From positions 60,204,001-60,268,000 of the forward strand of contig NC_087437.1 in NCBI RefSeq assembly GCF_036321535.1: a DNA stretch of 64,000 nt. Direction: 5' to 3'. Every line of letters starts with the position of its first letter. Position 1 is the stretch's first letter. Under the pieces are notes generated by a model. That model had not been told where the DNA came from. It saw only the letters and a list, made by a program, of their open reading frames with translations, and made no database searches. The translations under genes and the position numbers were made by a program. This DNA is from Camelus dromedarius (taxonomy: Eukaryota). This document shows positions 49,491-61,573 of the stretch, piece after piece.

Positions 49491-51900
49491 CGTGAAGATG
49501 AGTTGATTTCACATGCCCCATATGTCAGGTTCAGAGGCGCTCCAATTGGGAGTTTGTTGTTTTTCACAGTATATGGGAACATAGGCACCTCATCCAAAAG
49601 AACTAGATACATTTTTCCTGATGGAGGAATGCCTAATTCACACTACCCCACACCCAGACTAATGCCACCTTCCTGCTACTCCCCAGCTGCTTCTTTACTT
49701 TGATTTCTTCATTATGTTGTTTTTCCCTTGGGTAAGTTTCAGTGCTTCTAACTACCCATCCTACTGCCTGTGCCCTCCTGCCCCCAGCCCTGGTCCACAA
49801 ACCTGGAGTGAACCCCAAGAGCAAAGTGGCCTTCAAAATGCAGACCCTTTGACCTTCAAATTCCAACCTGAGACCATTGAGGAGCCAGGGGCAGCAAAAA
49901 CTTGGTGGGTGTGGAGACCTGTTAATGAAGTTTACCATTCTATTAATATCTCAGGAATGGTACTACTGATATGATACTCTTTAGAAAAATTTTCAGTTCA
50001 AAATTTTTCAGGATGGTGGAAAATAACTCACAATGAACCATTTCAGTTGCTGAATATTGTTTATAAAGATTTTCCATCACTGGTTTTCCTGTAGTCTTTG
50101 AGTTCTCTAAAGGTGTTAGATAAGCAGTGATAATGAAACACGCTCTAAAATCGGAACCGCTGTCACTCCTAGGACCCAGTCCCCAACCCAGATCTGACCC
50201 TCAAAATCCTTCTTTGTCCTCACCCACACCCCAGACTCCCAGTAGCTGTTTTGTTTGGGGGAAGGTTTCTTAAAACTGCAGGTTGAGCTGCCAGTTCCTC
50301 AGGCACAGGCAGACAGGAGGCTGTGCACAATTTTTCCCGGGCAATTCACTTAGAGCAAAGAGGGATCTTTTTTGAGGCTTGAGAATATCAATATGTGGCT
50401 GCTTTGCTAAAATGCTTTCTGTCTCTCACAGTCAGAGAAATCTGCTTGCCTTGAGCTAGCCTCCAGTTTCTTGTTAAGAGCTAATTTTAGAGCTAATTTG
50501 GGTTCCATTAGTATATGGTTCTGTTGCAAATCTGACATTAACATTGGCGGCTTGATGAGTAACAAAGGGAGGGAAAGCCTTTTACCCTAACTGCAGCGAT
50601 GCGGGCACATATGGTGTCATTTTTCAAGGAACAGATTTTTGTCTTTCTTGCCATTTCAGAGCTGTTTCCCTCTGAAATTACCAGCTCTAATTTAATGCAG
50701 AACACGTCTGGATGTCACTGCAGAGATCTAGTTAAACTGAGAGAGCTGGCAGTTCCCATAGATTTGCAAAAAGTGTTCATTTGCACAGTATAATGCCTCC
50801 CAAGTCCATGCTCCTGGACTGGGAATCAGCCACCAGCAAATGCAGACTCTGCACTTAGAATGAGAGCCCTTTAATGGCTCTGTTTCTGAGGTTGGGGTTC
50901 TGCTTCTACAAACCCTTGTGTGGAGAGGTTAGGGCGTTTCCCATTTCACCCTATGGCCAGGTGCCCACGTGCTGGGGCCCACATAGCTTTAAATGAGATC
51001 CAGAAGTCCAACGATGGTAGTGGCAAGGAAGACTTGAAATCTGCTTGCTCATCTTAATTCAGCCCATAGCTGGCTGAATGACCCTGTTCTCGAAGGCTCA
51101 GTGCCTCATTTGTAAAACAAGGGAATTCTGAGATTCTCTGATATCTAAGCTCAATAACCTGTAATAGTAACTTGATCTAAATTTTTCATTTTTCTGAGAA
51201 CTTTCATGTTTGTTATGTCCTGGGATTGTCAGGACATCCTGTGAGGCAGGCATTCCTTTTTTGTACTTGGGAAATTATGACTCAGAGAGGCGAGGAAACT
51301 TGCCCAAGGTCACACAGCTGGTAAGAGGGAGAGCTGGGACTCCAACCCTGTTGGCCTCACTCCCAGTTCAAGGCTTTCAGAAGTCAACAGATGGAATCAG
51401 AAAATAAGCTTTAAACACCACATCTTATCACTGGGTGCCATCTTCTAGAGCAGATAGCCATGCTCAACGAGCCTACATTATTCAAACTTTTCAAAGTTTA
51501 GGAAATTATATTCTTGCTTTGAGACATGCAGTATCATGAATGAGGACCCCAGAAGGGACTAAAATGTAGTAGGAAAAGTACTGGAATTGGTTCTAGTCTT
51601 GGTTCTGTCTCAAGATTTTGTGTAGCTTAAATGAGTACCTTGGCCTCTCTGAGCCTCTGTTCCTAGATGAGGCAGTTAGGTAAGATGCTGTCCTAAGTAA
51701 CTTCCCTTTGGATGGGTCTATGGAGCTATGCAACAGGTTCAATGCCAAAACCAAAGAGCACAGCAGCAGGTGTAAGACCTTCAGTCAGGGAGAACCCTCT
51801 ATGCCCAAGACATTCAAACTCTATGAAAACAAAATGCTCCAGGTGAAGCTGATGTAAAGAGTGAACAAAGCAAGTTATTTCTGTAAGGAAAATGCTAAAA

Positions 51901-52243
51901 CAGGGTCACAGACTCCTGTGGGAGACAACTGAGTTAATAACAAGAGAAGCAGGCACAGTACAGGACAATAGGGAGTGATGGGGATTGCAGTAAATTGGTC
52001 AGCACTGCCTGACTAAAGGGGACAATGATCACTCAGCTCCAACCAAGTTTTGCTAGGCAGGAATGTAGATGCCGCGCAAGCAACATTCCAGCTTTTCAAG
52101 AGAATTGGAGATTTGAATATTCATGTGAAATATCCTAATTTTTAAGCATTGGAAACAAATCCAAAGAGTTAAAACCCTTTCCTGCCAAACAAAATGTGTC
52201 TGCTAGCCATATGCTGCCCAAGAGCCCCAGTGTGTTAATTCTG
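51901..52243 (+). mobile_element. MER102-like hAT DNA transposon
   Basis: gacaatagggagtgatgggga...actcagctcc...ttttcaagaga...atgtgaaatatcctaatttttaa...ccaaacaaaatgtgtctgc. Confidence 0.8.
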
Positions 52244-54504
52244 TGCTAATATCTGAGTTAGTTGGTGTCTAGCTTTGCCTTAAACAATTCCAGAGGGCCT
52301 GTTTCCTGGCCTTACTTGGGAGCACCCTGCAGTAGTGACCTGCCTGTATCATTTCAAGTCAACAATAATTTTCATCACACAAATCCCATTTTCCTGTCTA
52401 CAGCCTTTGAGGCTGGACCCCTGACAGAGGCCAGCATGCACGCCCAGTTCCCACTCTGCCTGCCTGAAAATAACCTGCTCCAGAAAGACAAACAACAGTG
52501 GAAGGGGAAAAGTGTGATTTGGCCTTGCTTAGTAGGGTAAAACAGATGAGGTTATTTTTTTTCTTGACATCATTTCTACTTTATTGGATCACATAACCAT
52601 TTTTATTGTTAATTTGGGTACAAATTAATTGCTGTACAAATAAACGAAAACACAGATGAATGCCCTCACCATTACTTGAAACATAAATGGCAATTACTCG
52701 GCTTTGTAATCCAATGAAGTGAATATTAGTACAGCCATTGTGCATCCATTGGCCCCACTCACTGCTAATGGGAAAAGTGGATGTCTCTGGAGAGCCCCTA
52801 ACAACCTGAGCAAATCTGGGAGGAAGGTGTTGCCGGCTCCAGAGCCTCCGTGTCTGCCTGTCTCCTTCCAAGTGTGATTGAGTAAACGTATTAGAGGATT
52901 TGATAATATTTTCATGTCCCATTTTTGCTTCTGAAGGATTTCTTATCATACCGGTAGTTCTGTATGTATTTTTCTCTTCAGAGCCACATATGAAATGTCA
53001 GTCCTGGAAAGCACATTAGAGAGACTCCCCCAGCCTATGTGTGAGGGCCTTCCTATATACGCCCAAATCCCAGTACTGGCCCATTAGGGTCCTGATCACT
53101 CTGGGCTGGAACTGTCTAGTTATGTGGCTGAGTCTCCCCAAAATGGACTACAAGCATCTTGAAAGCAGGGACAGCATCTTACCCATCTTTGTGCCCTTAC
53201 TCGGGGCAAGGCACCTGGTACTGATGTGAGCAGTGATGCTCAGAAATAAACAAAAACAAAAGCTTACCGAGTCCCTCATTTTATCTGTCTGCAGCACCTT
53301 CTCCGTGTATCCTCTCTACACAGGTACCACATGAGTAATTTCCTCCTTTGTGTCACAGACTTCTGTAATTTCCTGCCTAATTTTGTCATTGTTCCTGTAA
53401 CAGTGAAAGTGAAAACATCCATCTAGAAATATCTTCTTGGTTTCCATTTGCCAAATCAATCCCATCTCCCTCTACCAAATAAAATGTAGTTACTTTTTGA
53501 TCAAATGAAAAGATACTTTATGAATAATGAAATTGTACTTTATAATTTTTTTAAGACAGGAGGAAAGTCCCTTAGTGGACAGCAGTCAATACCAGACTCT
53601 AGATAAAATCTAACAAATAAATTTTTTCTTGCCCTTGAGATAGTTGCACTAGAACCTGATTTGAAGTTTTTATGATAAGTTTTAGATTCTCATCACAAAG
53701 AACTGAAGGTAAAGAGTTCCACTGCTAGTTTTCTCTAAACGCTATAGCCATTTGAGAGCCTGTTTAGAATTCAGAGAATTTCTGAGTCACTTGCAGGAAA
53801 TTTTCTTAGTCTTCATATTTTACATTCCAATAGAAGAGCCTGTAACTTTTCATCAAAAGTGGTTTAAAGCATCAACTGTAAGCCAATTATAATGACTTTT
53901 TTGTAGTTGTTCTTGATTTCCTTATAGAGGTTAGCTGCACAGATTTGTGTTCAATGTACTTGGTCTGTTTTCCAGTCTGTACTCTCTACAGAGCCTAGCA
54001 CAGTGCCTTACAGTTGATCAAAGTTTACTGAATGATTCAATGAACAAATGAATGATCAGATGGATGTCTCTTGACCAAAGGTAACAAAATATTCATTTAT
54101 CCTAGAGTTCTTCTGATGATGATGTTGACAGAACTCATAGAATTAGACTAATAGAATGTCAAAGATAAAATAACCTGGCTTGTTTTTTTTTTCACTTTTC
54201 AGATTTAGAAAGTGAGGTTCAGAGAACCCCAAGATCACTTAGCACACTTAAGAGAAATTTCAGGAAATTTTACCAAATATGAGCCCTAAGGTAAGCATAG
54301 ATTTCCATGGCAACTGAATGTGGGCTTTTTCATTACTTTCTGTTCCTTTTATCTTTATGCAATTTTCATAAATTACCTGGGATTCAGAAGTATGTGAAAG
54401 ATGAGTTCATTCAAGCTCTTAGATACTTGTTGGATCTCTTCATCCACTACTTATGATGGAGTGGAGTTTGGTATTGGGTGGATCAGAACCCTCAGAGGGG
54501 TCTG

Positions 54505-54750
54505 TAACCAATGCAAGGGGAGTGGAAAAAGCTCTGGGTCCCAAGTCAGAGGAAGGGGCCTAGGCCCCAGCTCTGCCAGCTGTAAGATCCTGAGGCAAAT
54601 CAGGTCCCCAAGCCCTGCTCTCCTCCCTAAAGTAGAAATGAAAGCCCCTGTTCTACCTTTCTCACTGGCAGTTGGAAGAGCCAATGAGATAATAGATGTG
54701 AAAATGTTTTAGAAATTGTAAAGCATGCAAATGCAAGGGGTTAAGACTGT
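54505..54750 (+). mobile_element. MIR SINE
   Basis: gtggaaaaagctctggg...ccccagctctgcc...aatgagataatagatgtgaaaatgtttt. Confidence 0.75.
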
Positions 54751-54927
54751 TCCCAATGTGTCCTTAGGGACAGAGTAAGCAAGCAGATCCTTTGGGACAT
54801 GGAGGGTGGATGGCAACCCTGGGGTGCTGTGCCTCCCTGCTTAAGAACTAAGAAAAATGAGAAATTAACCTTCTGAGAGTCAAACTAATGGTTCCTAACT
54901 TTTCCCAGTGTAAGTCCTCCTTTTTTA

Positions 54928-55086
54928 CAAAATATTTTGTTTTATTTATTTTTTGTTTTGTTTGGAGGGGGAGGCAATTAGGTTTATTTATTTGCTTATT
55001 TATTTTAATGGAGGTACTGGAGATTGAACCCAGGACCTCATGCATACTAAGCATGCACTCTACCACTGAGTTATATCCTTTCCCCC
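54928..55086 (-). mobile_element. tRNA-Ala-derived SINE (vic-1-like), full length with TSD
   Basis: tRNA-like head and extended tail (aattaggtttattt); TSD aagtcctcctttttta (54912-54927) / aagccctctttttta (55087-55101). Confidence 0.9.
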
Positions 55087-55864
55087 AAGCCCTCTTTTTT
55101 ATTACCTACTCCTACATGATAATATTTGTACTTTGAGTATTTGTCAGTTAACAAAATACATATTTACAAAAGGTTTTATGAATTATGACCACTATGTAAA
55201 CATTATTAATTGGTATATCATATTAATATTTTTGACAAATACTAGGACTGGACTAGAGGAAACTATGTCAACTATTCAATATTCAGGCACTCACAATTAG
55301 CTGGTTTCTCAAAAGAATTCCCTCTGCTCTCAGATCAGGGAAATCCTGCATTAAATTATAAAATATAAACATAATGAATGGATCAGAGTCAAGTAATGCA
55401 ATCATGTTAAGTGGACTCTGGTCCCAGATTGAAGTCAGACTTTACTGATGACATTAATGTATCCAAAGAAACAAGGTGTTGGTTACAAGAAAATGTGGTT
55501 GCCAGTAGAAGCCAGAAGAGGTAGCTCCACCCACGTGAGCACCCTCCCAGCCCAGCCCAAGGAAGATGTGCACCGACCTAGGTCTCAGGTCCTGGTGGAA
55601 CAACTCCTTATGTTCCACTCCAGGCTCGACTGGGTATCCTTGCTGCCAACTGAGGGCAGCCATACATCCTGATTGTTGTATTTCATTGCAGATGAATGTC
55701 CCAGCTTTAGATCTTATAACCATCCTAAGAGCTTGGGTAAGGTGAGACCAGTCCCAAGCAATGGCTCACAGGGCTGAACCTGGCCCTGAGGCCTGTGAGT
55801 AGCCTTGGTGCAGACACCCTCTCTGCCCTCATTAGGAGTATAGCTTTTCTTTGCATCACCCTGA

Positions 55865-56117
55865 GCCATGATTTCTCAGCCTCAGTACTACTGACATTTT
55901 GGGTCCAGTATTGCTTTGTTGTGGAGGGCTGGTTTGTGAATTGTAGTATGCTGGGCAGCATCCTTGGCCTCTCCCCACTATACTGCAGTAGCATCCTGCC
56001 TCTGCTCCCACCTCCCATTTGTGACAACCAAAAATGTCTGCAGACGTTACCAAATATTCCCTGGGGGGTTGGGGGCGGGACTGCCGCCTTCTCCCCCTGG
56101 CCAGTTGACAACCACTA
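55865..56117 (+). mobile_element. MER20 DNA transposon
   Basis: tttctcagcctcagtactactgacattttggg...gcagcatccttggcctctccccacta...tgtgacaaccaaaaatgtct...gttgacaaccact. Confidence 0.9.
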
Positions 56118-57091
56118 GCATGAACCAGTCCAATCAAGTGTCTACAGGATGCAACCACATGGGGTTCCTCTCAAAGACCAACCACTCCTGATCACATTAC
56201 ATTCAATTTATATACAATGTCGCCTTTATCCAAAGGATGTTAGAATTCTGGAAAAATCAATTTCTAGGAGCTTGTGTTAATTTAGAAATACAGTCAAGCT
56301 CCACTTCACTATAATGCAAAGGAAATGGGGATCCTGGCAGCCGAGTGAACTGAAACTTCCCTTTCATGCCCTGGTGACTCAAGGGTCATCCTTCAGAACA
56401 TCAATTGTTCCTATTGTAAAAGTGTAATAGGTATGGATTGTACTGGCCAGGGGAGTCCCCAGGAGCTGTTGATATTTTGTTGTTTTAAAAAATAAATCTT
56501 AGATTTGTTTTTGATTTCTAATCTTCCTCCTAAAAATAGTTCAAAAAAAGATATTCCAGTTACTTGAGAAATTCAGTTAGCCTTGTGCTGAGAAACTGAG
56601 GATTTTTGCTAAAACGGTTCTGGCTTTTTCTAAAGAATTCTTCCATTGGAAATCTTTTCTTTTGAGGAGAGCATTCCCACCCCAGTGACACCCCTCAGCA
56701 GTGTAGCGTCTATCACTCCTCCTACTTAGAAAGAAATTTCCACCTGGTTCCATTCAGGAGTGAGGTTTTCCCTGTTCGCCTCATTCCTACTTCTGGCCCC
56801 TAAGGCCACCATTTGCTGTTCTACGTCTTACAAGCACCCAGGGCTGGTACCAATAGGGACCCACACTGATCCCCACACTGAATGCCCTCTGACCTGCTCT
56901 CTTCTTCCCACCACCCTCTCCCCCACCTCAAGGACTCAGGTGTTTTCACTCTTCCCATCTGGGCCCAGCTGCCTCTCCCTGCTTCTCCAAGCTCGGTTCT
57001 GTCTAGTCTTTGGGAGAGGAAAATCTGGCTCTGCAGGCATTCTCTGAGCCATTGTGTCTAAACCCTGGCTCTGTGGTTTCTGTGAGTGTGG

Positions 57092-58402
57092 GTTTTTCTT
57101 TTCAGTTATATACATATTATTTTCAGATTATTTTCCATTATAGATTATTATAAAATATTAAATATAGTTCCCTGTGTTACACAGTAAATACTTGTTGCTT
57201 ATCTTTTTAATGTTAACTATTATATTTTAAATATCCAAATGTTTTATTTTGTTTTCTTTTTATTTTTATTATATCTTGTTCTTATTCTATAGACAGATTA
57301 TCCTCTACTATCTCTCTAAATTTATTAAATATATGTAGCTTTTTAAAGTTTTTCTCCATTTCCAGTATAATCTCCTTTCTTCTTTCCAAACAGTCCCCTC
57401 TACTTCATTTTTCCTATTGCTTTTTCTCCTTTTTTTTTTTGGTGGGGGGGAAGTAATTAGGTTTATTTATTTATTTTTATAGGAGGTACTGGAGATTGTA
57501 CCCAGGACCTTGTGCATGCTAAGCATGCACTCCACCACTCCCCCCCTGTTGCTTATCTATTTTGTGCTAATTTCATACTCTTAATTTATCCCTCCCCCTC
57601 CCTTTCCCTTTTTGGTAACCGTAAGTTTGATTTCTATGTCTGTAAGTCTGTTTCTGTTTTGTATAAAGATTCATTTGCATTACTTTTAGATTCTATATAT
57701 GTGATATCATACTATATTTGTCTTTCTCTGCCTGACTTACTTCACTTAGTGTGATATTCTCTAGATTCCTTCACGTTGCTGCAAATGGCATGATTTCATT
57801 CTTTTTCATGGCTGAGTAATATTCGATTATATATATGTGTGTGTGTATATATACACATACACACACACCACATCATCTTTATTCATTCATCTGTTGATGG
57901 GCACTTGGCTTGTTTCTATGTCTTGGCTATTGTAAGTAGTGTTGCTATGAACATTGGGATGCATGTATCTTTTTGAACTAGAGTCTTCATCTTTTCTGGA
58001 TATATGCTGAAGAGTGGGATTGCTGGATCATATGGATAATATGGTAACTCTATTTTCAGTTTTTTATGGAATTGCCATACTGTTTTCCATAGTGGTTGCA
58101 CCAATTTACATTCCCACCAACAGTATAGGAGGGTTTCCTTTTCTCCACACCCTCTCCAGCATCTATTATTTGTAGACTTTTTGATTATAGCCATTCTGAC
58201 TGGTGTAAGATAATACCTCATTGTGGTTTTGATTTGCATTTCTCTAATAATTAGTGATGTTGAGAATATTTTTATGCACCTGTTGGCATCTCTGGTTTTT
58301 TGTTTTTTGTTTTTTTTTTTGGAAAAATGTCCTTTTAGGGCTTCTACCCATTTTTGATTGGGTTGTTTGTTTTTTTGATATTGAGTTGTATGAGCATATG
58401 TA
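57092..58402 (-). mobile_element. 5'-truncated L1 with TSD, interrupted by a SINE-led insertion
   Basis: ORF2 C-terminus [24 protein letters not shown]...CWRGCGE; TSD tttctgtgagtgtgg (57077-57091) / tttctgtcagtgtgg (58403-58417). Confidence 0.93.
57209..57546 (-). mobile_element. vic-1-like SINE (57429-57546) plus ~220 bp of extra 3' sequence inside one TSD
   Basis: TSD tgttgcttatcttttt (57193-57208) / tgttgcttatctattt (57547-57562) brackets both parts. Confidence 0.8.
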
Positions 58403-59234
58403 TTTCTGTCAGTGTGGACTGGAATGCCCCTGGGTACCAGTGAGAAGCAGAGGAAAAAGAAAATATACAGGTTAACGCTTGGAAATATAATCCTATCTTG
58501 TGTCTTACCAACCCAGTAAGACAGAAATGAAGACGGAAAGGGGTAATGATCAAGGCAGCCCTGCACAGGAAGCCTCTTCCCATGTGAGCTATGTAGAGTC
58601 TCAGGATGGCAGGGTCCTTGAACTCCATCTTTTAGTCTTTTCCTACTGGGGAAAAGAAAAAATCCTGCTTGGGGTTAAAGAGAGCCTTTTTGGGGGCCCT
58701 GGGACATAAAGGCAGAGCTTCTGAGCTTGAGACCCTGCAAATCACCCCAGTGAGAAGCCTGCTGGGAGGAGGAGTGCTTCCCAGAGCTCACATGCAGGCA
58801 GGCTAGCCCCCATTCAAGGACACCTCTCTAGTGAGAGAAGGGGACCCTAACACCACGGCAGCTGCTCTCCACCTGGCCAAGGCATCCATTACAAGCAGGA
58901 GAAGCAGGGAACCTGGTCCTACTGTGAGGCAAGAGGTAATATAAATGCTCACCTGACAAGTGCCATTCTCTCTTTCCACAGCAGGGTGGGCTGGGTGCCA
59001 GCACAGATACCCTGCAGCTGCTGCTCACCCTATAGTGCGTTTGTGCACGAAAGAGAGTCTTTGGGCAGAAAAGCCCTACCAGGGCACCTGACACTTTGAG
59101 TGAAGCACCCGTGGTTCACTGAAGCTCAGCTGGGTGCCTAATGACTGACACAAGCTGCATGGTCTTTTTTGCTATGGCTTTGCTCCCAAGGGTACTGTTT
59201 ACCTTCAATGAGAAATAAGGGGACCAAATTTATT

Positions 59235-59390
59235 AAGGCTACTGGGTGCCAGATACACACACACACAATCCCATTTAATCATCTCAACAATTATGTGAGT
59301 AGGAATTTCTATCCCCATTTTACAGATGGGGTAACTAAGGCTTAGCGAGGTTAAGCAGCTTGCCCAAAGTCACCCAGCTTGGAAAACTTT
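59235..59390 (-). mobile_element. MIR SINE
   Basis: atccccattttacagatggggtaactaaggcttagcgaggttaagcagcttgcccaaagtcac. Confidence 0.8.
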
Positions 59391-59789
59391 GTGAGTCTTC
59401 ACAGACAGGGACTAACGTGGAGGCTCTGAACAGCTTGCTGGTTCCCACTGCTGCCCCCCCTGGGAAGTGACTGGCATAATGAAGGAATAAGAATCACTGC
59501 TGAGGACATGAGAGATTTCACCTGCCTCTCCACCTGCCTCCCAGGGCAGGGACACAGGAAAGAGTTTTGCCTGAGAAGGTCTATTACCATAGTTCTCAAA
59601 GTGAGGCACCAGCAGGCACCTAGCATCGCCTGAGAAAAACCACTGCTCTCTTCAGAAATGCGAGTTTTTTTAGATTAAAAAAAAAAAAAAAACCTCAAAC
59701 CTGCTTCTCATTTGTAATTTTGTAATGAACGTCCTATTTCCCAGTTGGCATTTGCAGCAATAAAGTGGCTGGAGAGCCAGTCAGGGGCA

Positions 59790-60460
59790 CCAAGAGGCGG
59801 GAAAGCTGGGGAATTGTGTCTTCCTCTGAATCAAGTGTGGGGTTGAAAGGAACCTCAAGAGGGAGGAGAGGCGGTAGCAGCTGAGAAGAAAAGCTCTTGC
59901 TCCCTTGGTCTGTAGGAGGAAAGCGGTAGAGACCCCCAGAGGGGGCAAAAGGTGGGCGGGCGGTTGGGGCGGGGTAGGGGTAGGGCGGACGGAGGGAAAT
60001 TCTCTGCAGGAGGCCGCGTGCATCCATCTCGGCTGCAGGCCTGCAGGGCTGAGTGTAAAGAGCCCGCTGAGCCCCGCATCCGGTCGGAAGCACAAGTCTG
60101 GAGCTCCTGGCTCGAGATGCTGCAGCTGTTCTGGGGAGCGGCACAATTAGAATTCTCCTAGCGCTCGGTGCCCGCGAGAATCCAGTCACGTGGCGCCTGG
60201 AGTTGGGGTCAATGAGCGCTCAGTCTGCGAGAAAAAGCGTTCCTTCCCTCTGAGACAGAGCCTGCTTCACTGTGCGCTGCTGGGCTTTTGCTCGCGGCAA
60301 ACCTGACCACCTCAGGAGAAAGGCTCGCGCGAGTGACCCAGGCGAGGTTGCGGGGCCCCGCCCAGGAGCTCTCAGGCGCATGCGTGGTGAGCGGGAACAA
60401 AGGGAATCGGTTGTCCCTCCCCCCAGGAATTTTCTGTCAGAGGCGCGTTACGGGCACCTC
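59790..60460. promoter_or_regulatory. Orphan CpG-island promoter-like region
   Basis: CpG-dense; GC boxes 59954-59974, CGGAAG 60085-60090, GTCACGTGG 60185-60193, NRF1-like GCGCATGCGT 60376-60385, E2F-like GGCGGGAA 59796-59803. Confidence 0.8.
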
Positions 60461-60805
60461 CACCTCCTTTAATTCATTTCTCTCTCTACCACAAGGCTGA
60501 CTTCTCACCAAGCTGCTATCTGGTTCTTGAATAACTTTAGGGCTACGGCCTTAGAGAGATCACTTCTGTCCTTTCCTAACCCCCCTGCCAAGAATTTGTA
60601 ATTAAGAGAGTAAAAGCCTTCATTAGAATTTGCCGAATCAAAACCAAGGCTTTGCTATTCCTGGGTTTGGGGGATTGAAGAAGGGCCAGATTTCACTCTC
60701 TTCCTCCTCCTAGTCTCTTGATGGGAATGCATTCCGAGTCATGCTCACATCTGTGACGTAAATCTAGACACTCTCCCTCTAGCCCACTCAGTCCCTCTCT
60801 GCCAA

Positions 60806-61573
60806 ATGACATGCTGGACCCCAGATCTTTCCCAATTTGAGCCTCCCCTGATCCAGTTTGTCTTATTACTGATGAACCTCCCTCCACATCCAGGACGAAC
60901 AGCTATCTCCAGAAGGAATTCGATCTCTTCTGCTGTTTTCCAGTTTGTTCTGTGCTACTGCTTTCTGTCCTTCCTAAAAACCCTCATTCCTGTCAAAAAC
61001 CTGTCAGAAATCACTACTCTCCACTGTAATGGGCACTAACGTCCTGTCAGAAATCCATGCTCTCTTATCAGCAATCACTGTTTTCCTGTCAGAAATCACT
61101 GTTGTGTCAGGAATCACCCCTCTACTTTTAAAAAATCACTGTTCTGGGAAAAATCACCAGTCTTCAGAAATCATTGTTCTCTCGTCAGCCACTGATATTC
61201 TGTCAGAAAATCAACATTTTCTGTCAAAAATCCCTGTTTTCCTGTCATAAACCATTGGTCTCCTGTCAAAAATCCCTGCTCTCCTGTCAGAAATTCCTGC
61301 TCTCCTGACAGAAGTCCCTGTTTCTTGTCAGAAGTCTTTATTTTCCCATTGGAAACCGCTGGTCCTTCTCTCCACAGGATATTCAGAGCTGTTTGTCGTG
61401 CTTTGACATTGATAGCTTTCCTGTGCCTTCCGTCCTGCTCGCTGTCTGCACCTGTTTTGCTGCATCCCTTTAAGTTCAGTGCTGGGTCCGGAAGCAGCCT
61501 GGGCCAGTGGGCACTGAACTGGGGCATCCACAGTTTCATGGCCCCTCTGGGTGATTACAGCCAAAAGCTCTAA
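60806..61573 (+). pseudogene. Candidate disabled or unannotated gene encoding a Cys/His/Pro-rich heptad-repeat protein
   Basis: A single frame of 256 codons from ATG 60806 to TAA 61573 with only two internal stops (61037-61039, 61193-61195). No homolog recognised. Confidence 0.35.
60990..61330. repeat. Degenerate 21-bp tandem array, consensus approximately CCTGTCAGAAATC(A/C)CTG(T/C)T(C/T)T
   Basis: CTGTCA or a close variant at 61044, 61065, 61086 and at 61200, 61221, 61242, 61263, 61284, 61305, 61325. Confidence 0.9.

Noticed and set aside
57916..58566. 216-aa minus-strand ORF
   Set aside because: Mostly L1 ORF2 C-terminus fused to flanking sequence; not a host gene.
60990..61330. CRISPR-like or selenoprotein interpretation of the periodic array (in-frame TGA on the minus strand)
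   Set aside because: Mammalian context; spacers are mutually related and too short, with no cas genes. The TGA frame also has TAA/TAG stops and frameshifts, and no SECIS was recognised.
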